This document shows, piece after piece, positions 57,468-64,000 of a stretch of DNA of 64,000 nucleotides. How positions within the stretch are numbered: the first letter of the stretch is position 1; each line of letters begins with the position of its first letter. A model generated the notes under the pieces. That model did not search any database. It was not told the DNA's origin and saw only the letters and a list, made by a program, of their open reading frames with translations. Source of the stretch: an uncultured Gemmatimonadota bacterium (GTDB lineage Bacteria; SM23-81; DAOVCL01); NCBI GenBank assembly GCA_964626665.1, contig CAZVGK010000018.1, positions 1 through 64,000 on the forward strand, given 5' to 3'. A program made the translations under genes and the position numbers.

Positions 57468-57790
57468 GTGCAGGCAGGGCTCCCGCCCTGACGGACTACA
57501 AAAGAAGACCCCTTCTCTCAAGCCAGATCTGCAGCTAAGTCCCATTTTGAGCTAATTTGACAATGACATATTTCTGTCAGGGCTCTGCCCTGACAGCACG
57601 GTGGAACAAACCTCTCCCAGCCACGGTTGAGCAAAAGGGCTCTTAGTTTAGAGAATTTGAATTTGGTCATTGGGATTTGTTTCGGATTCGACATTCGGAT
57701 TTCGGATTTCCTTATTTGCCCCGTCGGGTGTGAAACTACCCACGGGGCAGGCTTCCCACTCGAGGGTTTGAGGCGAAGCTTCGTTAGCCC
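57468..57790. repeat. Hairpin and heptamer repeat cluster upstream of the MNT gene
   Basis: CAGGGC..GCCCTG modules (~57475, ~57578), TTCGGAT/TTCGACA heptamers, GCCCCGT..ACGGGGC. Confidence 0.7.
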
Positions 57791-57791
57791 T

Positions 57792-58952
57792 TTACCTCCT
57801 CTTCCCGGCTAGCTCCTTGATCAGGTTTGAGGCGATGATGGCCCGCTGGATCTGGTTTGTCCCCTCGTAGATCTGGGTTATCTTGGCATCTCGCATCATC
57901 TTCTCCACTGGATAGTCCTTCATATAGCCATAACCACCAAGGATTTGCACCGCATCGGTGGTTACCTTCATAGCCACATCAGAGGCGAAAACTTTGGCCA
58001 TAGCAGATGGTTTGGCCACCCTCTTGGCCCCCCGGTCGATCAGCCTGGCCACGGCATAGGTGAGGGCTCTGGCCGCCTCTATCTGAGTGGCCATATCGGC
58101 CAGCATAAACTGAATCCCTTGAAAGGAGGCGATCGGCTTTCCAAACTGTTCCCTCTCCTGGGCATAGGCCACAGCCTCCTCCAAGGCCCCCTGGGCTATA
58201 CCCACTGCCTGCGCGGCCACCCCGGGGCGGGATTGGTCAAAGGTACGCATAGCGATGAGGAAACCCTGCCCCTCCCTTCCCAAGAGGTTCTTCTGGGGAA
58301 TAAAGCAATCCTGAAAAATAAGCTCCCTGGTGGTCGAACCTCTAATTCCTAACTTATTCTCCTTCTTGCCAAAGGAGAAACCAGCAGTCCCCTTCTCTAT
58401 AATGAATGCGCTCAAGCCTCGGGAGCCTCTGCTCTTATCGGTTGCCGCTATTACCGTATATATCTGTGCCTCACCACCATTGGTAATCCACTGCTTTGTT
58501 CCGTTGAGCAAATAGCCATCCTTCTCCCTCCTTGCTGCTGTCTTCACTGCCCCGGCATCAGAGCCTGCTTCTGGCTCGGTGAGGGCAAAGGCGGCAAGCC
58601 CCTTTCCCGCGGCAATATCTGGCAAATACTTCTTCTTCTGTGACTCAGAGCCGAAAAGGAGGATGGGAAATGTGGCCAGGGCGGTGGCGGCAAAGGCCAG
58701 AGCTATCCCCCCACAGACTCGGCTCAGTTCCTCGGTGGCGATAACCATCTCCAATATGCCTCCCCCCAATCCGCCGTAATCCTGGGGGATAAAGAGGCCA
58801 AAAATATCGGATTGGGCAAGAACTTCCACTATCTCCCAAGGAAAATCCTGCGTTTCGTCATACCTTGCCCTTAACGGCTTTATCCTCTCCTCGGCAATCT
58901 GCCGGCAGAGCTCCTTTATCGTCCACTGTTCTTCGGTAAGCTCATAATCCAT
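57792..58952 (-). CDS. Acyl-CoA dehydrogenase (butyryl-CoA dehydrogenase-like)
   Basis: FALTEPEAGSD, LNGTKQWITNG, KLGIRGS, REQFGKPI, QILGGYGY, IYEGTNQIQR. Confidence 0.95.
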   Translation of the reverse strand: MDYELTEEQWTIKELCRQIAEERIKPLRARYDETQDFPWEIVEVLAQSDIFGLFIPQDYGGLGGGILEMVIATEELSRVCGGIALAFAATALATFPILLFGSESQKKKYLPDIAAGKGLAAFALTEPEAGSDAGAVKTAARREKDGYLLNGTKQWITNGGEAQIYTVIAATDKSRGSRGLSAFIIEKGTAGFSFGKKENKLGIRGSTTRELIFQDCFIPQKNLLGREGQGFLIAMRTFDQSRPGVAAQAVGIAQGALEEAVAYAQEREQFGKPIASFQGIQFMLADMATQIEAARALTYAVARLIDRGAKRVAKPSAMAKVFASDVAMKVTTDAVQILGGYGYMKDYPVEKMMRDAKITQIYEGTNQIQRAIIASNLIKELAGKRR

Positions 58953-59637
58953 AAATTTCCCTCAGCTTTTTTAGGGCCTCCTGGGCCGCACGCTGCTCCG
59001 CTTCCTTCTTTGACCTTCCCCTGCCTTTTCCCCATACCTCTCCCTTAAGCTTTACCTTAATTTCAAACTCCCCCTCAGGCTTCACCTCCACCGCGTAGAG
59101 GGGCAACCCCCACCCTCTATCTTGGCTGAACTCCTGTAATTTCCCCTTGTAGTTTGACTCAACCTGAAGCAGCTCCTCCCCAATCACTCCCCCTTCCACA
59201 AATGACCTGGCCTTCTCCATCCCCCCGTCCAAGTAGATGGCCCCAATCACCGCCTCCAAGCATCCGGCCAGGTTTGAGGTGTTCTCCTCTCCCCCCTTGC
59301 TTGTTTCTCCTTTTCCCAAAAGGAGAAACCTCCCCAGACCCATCTCTCTGGCCTTAGAGGCCAAAGTCTCCCCCCGCACCACATTGGACTTTAGCTTGGT
59401 AAGCTCCCCCTCATCGGCCTGAGGCCGTAGCCGATACAAGAACTCCCGCACCACAAGCTCCAAAACGGCGTCGCCCAGAAACTCCAGCCTCTGATTGGAC
59501 TCGCTCTCCCCCCTTTCATAGGCGAAGGAAGCATGAGTCAAGGCCAACCTCAGAAGTCCGGTATCTTGCAGATCTATCCCCTTTTGGACCAGCCATCCCC
59601 TGAGCTCACTCGGAGAAAAGGAATCCCCTATAATCAT
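58942..59637 (-). CDS. rnc: Ribonuclease III
   Basis: ALTHAS, NQRLEFLGDAVL, EAVIGAIYLD, dsRBD SKKEAEQ.AA. Confidence 0.96.
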   Translation of the reverse strand: MIIGDSFSPSELRGWLVQKGIDLQDTGLLRLALTHASFAYERGESESNQRLEFLGDAVLELVVREFLYRLRPQADEGELTKLKSNVVRGETLASKAREMGLGRFLLLGKGETSKGGEENTSNLAGCLEAVIGAIYLDGGMEKARSFVEGGVIGEELLQVESNYKGKLQEFSQDRGWGLPLYAVEVKPEGEFEIKVKLKGEVWGKGRGRSKKEAEQRAAQEALKKLREIYGL

Positions 59638-59643
59638 TGAGGT

Positions 59644-60882
59644 CTATCCCTCAAATCTCCTGAGGGCCAGGCAGACATTGTGCCCTCCAAAACCGAAGGA
59701 GTTGCTCAAGGCTACCTTAACCTCCTGGTGGCGGGATTGGCCGGGGACATAATCCAAATCGCAATCCGGATCCTGATACTCGTAGTTTAATGTGGGATGG
59801 ATGGTGGATTCCTGAATGGATTTAGCGGTGGCTATCAGCTCCGTCGCCCCTGTTGCTCCCAATAAGTGTCCCACCATCGACTTAGTAGAACTTATCGGCA
59901 CCTCATAGGAATATTCCCCAAAAACTAATTTTATGGCCTTGGTCTCCGTGCGATCATTGAAGGGAGTAGAAGTGCCATGGGCGTTGATATAATCTACCTC
60001 CTCCGGTTTGATGCCCCCATCCTGCAGGGCCAACTCTATAGCCTTGGCTGCCCCCTCACCGTCGGGAGAGGGAGCAGTTATGTGATGGGCATCATCGGTC
60101 ATCCCCAGACCTACCAACTCAGCATATATCCTGGCCTTCCGCTGCAGGGCATGATCAAGGGTTTCCAGGATAAGGGCCCCCGCCCCCTCCCCCATCACAA
60201 AGCCATCCCTTTGGGCGTCAAATGGCCTGCTAGCCTCCTGGGGGACCTCATTGCGGGTGGAGAGGGCTTTGGCTGTGCAAAACCCAGCCACCGAAAGGGG
60301 GGTGATGGAGGCCTCCGCTCCCCCAGTGATCATCACATCAGCCTCCCCTCTCTGCAGGATGCGGAAGGAGTTCCCAATGGCATGAGCCCCTGAAGCACAG
60401 GCGGAGACCGTGGAATAGTTGGGCCCCTTGGCATTGATAGCAATGGCCACCTGACCAGGGGCCATATCAATGATCATCATCGGGATAAAGAAAGGGCTTA
60501 ACCTCATCGGCCCCTTCTCCAAGAGGATCTTGTATTGCCTCTCCCAGGTCCCTATCCCTCCAATGCCTGAGCCCACCACCACGCCAATTCTCTCCGGATC
60601 CTCGGCGGACAGATCAAGTTTCGCATCTGCCACAGCCATCTTGGCCACCGCTACCGCATACTGGGCAAAGGTATCCATGCGGCGAGCATCCTTCCTGTCT
60701 ATATAGTCCAGGGGTTGGAATCCCTTAACCTCACCAGCTATCTTGCTGGAGAACTCACTGGGATCGAACTTGGTTATCCGCACCACCCCGGAGCGGCCAG
60801 CTTTCAGATTTTCCCAATATTCCTCCACCGTATTACCTAAGGGGGTTAACACCCCCATACCGGTAATTACCACCCTCTGCAA
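59644..60882 (-). CDS. fabF: 3-oxoacyl-ACP synthase II
   Basis: RVVITGMG, SACASG, NAHGTST, KSMVGHLLGA, SNSFGFGGHN. Start placed at TTG 60882. Confidence 0.96.
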   Translation of the reverse strand: MQRVVITGMGVLTPLGNTVEEYWENLKAGRSGVVRITKFDPSEFSSKIAGEVKGFQPLDYIDRKDARRMDTFAQYAVAVAKMAVADAKLDLSAEDPERIGVVVGSGIGGIGTWERQYKILLEKGPMRLSPFFIPMMIIDMAPGQVAIAINAKGPNYSTVSACASGAHAIGNSFRILQRGEADVMITGGAEASITPLSVAGFCTAKALSTRNEVPQEASRPFDAQRDGFVMGEGAGALILETLDHALQRKARIYAELVGLGMTDDAHHITAPSPDGEGAAKAIELALQDGGIKPEEVDYINAHGTSTPFNDRTETKAIKLVFGEYSYEVPISSTKSMVGHLLGATGATELIATAKSIQESTIHPTLNYEYQDPDCDLDYVPGQSRHQEVKVALSNSFGFGGHNVCLALRRFEG

Positions 60883-60913
60883 ATCTTTATCCCCGTGCGG
60901 GCGGGGTTCGCCT

Positions 60914-61150
60914 CTATCCCTTTTTGTTCTTCTCGATGTATTCAATCGCCTCTCCCACAGTGGTCAGCTTCTCAGCCTCCTCATCCGGAATCTCCAAACC
61001 GAACTTCTCCTCCAAAGCCATTACCAGCTCTACGGTATCTAAGGAGTCCGCCCCTAAGTCATCAACAAAGGATGCCTCTAAGGTCACCTTGTCAGGATCA
61101 ACACCTAACTGTTCCACTATAATATCCTTTACCTCTTCCTGCACCGGCAT
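60914..61150 (-). CDS. acpP: Acyl carrier protein
   Basis: [19 protein letters not shown]. Confidence 0.97.
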   Translation of the reverse strand: MPVQEEVKDIIVEQLGVDPDKVTLEASFVDDLGADSLDTVELVMALEEKFGLEIPDEEAEKLTTVGEAIEYIEKNKKG

Positions 61151-61276
61151 TTTAACCTCCTTCTTTATTCAGTTGACAGAAGTCAGGGACCAGTAATCGG
61201 TTGGCAGTTGTCAGTCGCCAGTTGACAGAGGTTTCCCCAATCTCTGTAAACTGACCTCTGATCCCTGTGAACTGCT

Positions 61277-62020
61277 TTACATAAGCATTCCCCCATCCAC
61301 ATTTATGGCCTGGCCGGTGATATAGCCACTCTCCTCTGTGCAGAGAAAGAAGACCAGATTGGCCACATCCTCGGGTAAACCACTCCTCTGGAGGGGAATC
61401 TGGCTCAAAAATGAATCCCAGATTTTCTCAGGAAGGGATTTGGTCATCTCCGTCTCTATAAAACCAGGGGCAACTGCATTGACGGTAATACCTCGGGAGG
61501 CCACTTCCCTGGCTACTGCCTTGGTCAGACCGATGAGCCCCGCCTTTGAGGAAACATAGTTGGCCTGCCCAGCATTTCCCATTTTCCCCACCACTGAGCT
61601 GACATTTACAATTCTCCCCCATCTCCTCTTCATTATTCCCCTAAGCACAGCCTTTGTGCAATAGAAGGCCCCCCGCAGGTTCACCCCCAACACAGACTCC
61701 CAATCCTTGCTGGTCATCCTCATTATCAGGTTATCCCTGGTGATCCCGGCGTTGTTGACCAGGATGTCCACCCCTCCCCACTTTTGGTTGATCTCCCCTA
61801 TCCCCTTCTCCACCTCTTCCTGGAGAGAGACATCAATCCTCAAATGGAGGGATTGCACCCCCATTTCCTCTATGCCTACGGCTGTATCTCGAGCGGATTC
61901 TGCGTCCACTTCAAACAGGGCCACATCGGCGCCTCCCTGGGCTAATCTCAAACAAATGGCTCTGCCAATTCCTCGTCCCCCACCGGTAACCAGGGCTTTC
62001 CTTCCCTTTAGCTCCATCAT
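61277..62020 (-). CDS. fabG: 3-oxoacyl-ACP reductase
   Basis: TGGGRGIG, NNAGITRD, GQANY.SSK, PGFI.T.MT, ITGQ.INVDGG. Confidence 0.96.
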   Translation of the reverse strand: MMELKGRKALVTGGGRGIGRAICLRLAQGGADVALFEVDAESARDTAVGIEEMGVQSLHLRIDVSLQEEVEKGIGEINQKWGGVDILVNNAGITRDNLIMRMTSKDWESVLGVNLRGAFYCTKAVLRGIMKRRWGRIVNVSSVVGKMGNAGQANYVSSKAGLIGLTKAVAREVASRGITVNAVAPGFIETEMTKSLPEKIWDSFLSQIPLQRSGLPEDVANLVFFLCTEESGYITGQAINVDGGMLM

Positions 62021-62143
62021 TTTTTAATGCTTTTCCCTTTGTCTAAATTTTAAGCGAGGTGGCTGAACCACGATTCTGCCACCCTCCTCTCTTACTGGTA
62101 GATGAGGGCACCTGACGGCTCATTAGGATCAGGACTGAAGGAC

Positions 62144-62442
62144 AACACAGCGGAGCGAAGCCGCAACCAGACAAAGGCTACAGATTACAGAACCCGAAAG
62201 ACGCAAATGAACGAAACTGAACGAAAAGATGGTCGTATAAATGAGGTCATTACGCTTCTACCCCCGCTAAAGCGGGGGGTAAGAGGGCTTTAGCCCAAAG
62301 GTTCCTGCGGTCTTTTCGTCATTCGTCATTAGGATTTCGTCATTAACCTAAGGCCCGCACTAAAGTGCGGTAGAAGTTGGCTGCTCAAGCCTACCCTAAG
62401 AAACTTTGCAAAAAAACAAGATCCTGCAAAATTGTAGTACAG
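62144..62442. repeat. ~300-bp composite element with conserved ends (copy 2)
   Basis: Same ends as 31584-31888 with different internal modules; the right end abuts the fabD stop codon. Confidence 0.75.
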
Positions 62443-63366
62443 CTAAAGGCCATTCCCCAGGAAATCCCTTAGCTCTTCTTGGTCTGATACAGGATAGACC
62501 TTTATCCCCCTGGCTATCCTCTTCACCAGTCCAGAAAGGACTTTCCCGGGTCCCACCTCCAAAAAGATCTCTGGATTGAGGGCAGCAAGGCTCTCCACAG
62601 TCTTTGTCCATCTCACCGGACTGGTAATCTGATCCTCTAAAAGTTCCCGTATCCTGGGGGGCATATCCTCCCTCTGGGCCGAAACGGTAGAGAAGAACTT
62701 CACCTGAGGGGGATAGAACTCCAACCTTTCGAGAAACCTCTCCATTCTCTCCTTGGCAGGCCCCATTAAGGGAGTATGGAAGGCTCCGCTCACCCTAAGC
62801 TGAATAGCCCTTTTGGCCCCCTTTGCCTTGGCCAGCTCAACCGCCCTCTCCACCGCCTCCACCTCACCACTTATCGCCATCTGAAAGGGGGAGTTATAGT
62901 TGGCCACCTTGACCAGTCCCTCTACTTCTCTGCATAGCTCCTCCACCTGGTCTGTGATGAGGCCAATTATGGCAGCCATTGTCCCCAGCCGCTCCTCTCC
63001 CGCCCCTTGCATCAACTCGCCCCGGAGCTTCACTGCCCTTAACCCCTCCTCAAAGGATAAAACTCCAGAAGCCACCAGAGCGGAATATTCCCCTAAGCTA
63101 TGTCCAGCCACAGCCAACGGCTTAAGTCCCTCCCTTTTCAAAAGATCTAAGGCCGCTATAGAATGGAGAAATATGGCCGGCTGGGCATTAACGGTCTGGT
63201 TGAGCTCCTCAACAGGCCCCTCGAAACAGAGCCTGGCCAGATCAAAACCCAAGATCTCGTTGGCCCTCTCAAACAACTCTTTAGAGGGAGGGTCCTCCTC
63301 CCAGAGCTTCTTTCCCATTCCCACATACTGTGACCCCTGCCCAGGAAAGACAAAGACTGCCTTCAA
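62443..63366 (-). CDS. fabD: Malonyl-CoA:ACP transacylase
   Basis: FPGQGSQ, GHSLGEY, ANYN, VSGAFH, EVGPGKVL. Confidence 0.97.
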   Translation of the reverse strand: MKAVFVFPGQGSQYVGMGKKLWEEDPPSKELFERANEILGFDLARLCFEGPVEELNQTVNAQPAIFLHSIAALDLLKREGLKPLAVAGHSLGEYSALVASGVLSFEEGLRAVKLRGELMQGAGEERLGTMAAIIGLITDQVEELCREVEGLVKVANYNSPFQMAISGEVEAVERAVELAKAKGAKRAIQLRVSGAFHTPLMGPAKERMERFLERLEFYPPQVKFFSTVSAQREDMPPRIRELLEDQITSPVRWTKTVESLAALNPEIFLEVGPGKVLSGLVKRIARGIKVYPVSDQEELRDFLGNGL

Positions 63367-63458
63367 TTTTTCCTCCTATATCTGTGTGATCAAGGCAGAG
63401 CCCTGACTGAATAAACGACTCCTCAGATCAGAAATTACAATCGTGCACAATCCAGGTG

Positions 63459-63672
63459 TTAACCCAACTCCGATTTCAAAATGCTACTAATCCCTATAAC
63501 TGTAAAACCGACTAATTTACCGGTCTTCTCAATATATCTCAATAGCACCCCACTGCCCACATCCATCGTCAGTGCCGGCCTGGGCTTTCCAAATGAGATG
63601 TAGAGCGTAATCAGCTTCCCTATCATAGTCCCAAGTGATTTGCTCTGGTTTTTCCACAGTTAGGGTTTCCAT
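63459..63672 (-). pseudogene. DUF2283-family small protein with a 1-bp frameshift
   Basis: Manual translation METLTVEKPEQITWDYDREAD / TLYISFGKPRPALTMDVGSGVLLRYIEKTGKLVGFTVIG..*; extra base at ~63609-63610; AAGGAGG RBS. Confidence 0.75.
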
Positions 63673-63719
63673 ACTATCAACCTCCTTCTTGAACTGTGGG
63701 AGAGGGCTCCAGACCTTTC

Positions 63720-63919
63720 AAGAGCTGTCAGCCCCGTTCCGACGGGATTCCTGGCGGAAGAGGTAACTCCTGACAGCACACTTTTGATCGACATCAGGAG
63801 ATGTCTCCCACATCCCAGCTTCTTGTGGATGATGACCCACACAAGAAACAGAGGAGGTGAGTTTTATTTATCCCGATCATCCTGTCAATCCCGTCTAAAA
63901 ATGGAAATTCCTATGCTTT
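63720..63919. repeat. ~200-bp dispersed repeat (partner at 44933-45118)
   Basis: Near-identical ends to 44933-45118 with a different central segment. Confidence 0.9.
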
Positions 63920-64000
63920 GAACTTGAGTAACTACAGAAAAGAACTAACCACTACCTCCCTCTCTGGGTCGTAGCTCAATCTCACCTCTGGAAAATCTAA

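Overview
A 64-kb chromosomal stretch from a diderm, probably anaerobic bacterium. SprA, a FlgD-Ig/T9SS-type C-terminal domain, Ior, FeoAB and a eukaryote-type citrate synthase suggest an FCB-group lineage outside typical Bacteroidota; this is inference. Gene content in order: a DtxR-feoA-feoB-TonB receptor metal-uptake unit; iorAB; two NYN-type genes; an epimerase/creatininase/pta/coaD/rsmD block; sprA-comEA plus a pilin-like gene; a gltA-leuC-like-leuD-like-icd-ackA-pckA operon; a type IV pilin cluster (two tandem major pilins under two sigma54 promoters, pilD, fimT, pilV, pilW, a 638-aa PilX); murJ and pgm; an ABC-2 exporter; rpsP-khpA-rimM-trmD-rplS-rnhB-yraN-ispG; a disrupted C25/gingipain-like gene; and fabD-fabG-acpP-fabF-rnc-ACAD-etfB-lipM. 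I found no rRNA, tRNA, CRISPR array or transposase. The most unusual signal is non-coding. Most of the larger intergenic gaps are built from a shared kit of about ten short hairpin modules. These are shuffled into mosaic arrays and nest inside one another, with recoverable empty sites and 0-, 4- or 6-bp target duplications. They also surround small antitoxin-type genes whose partner genes are truncated or missing.
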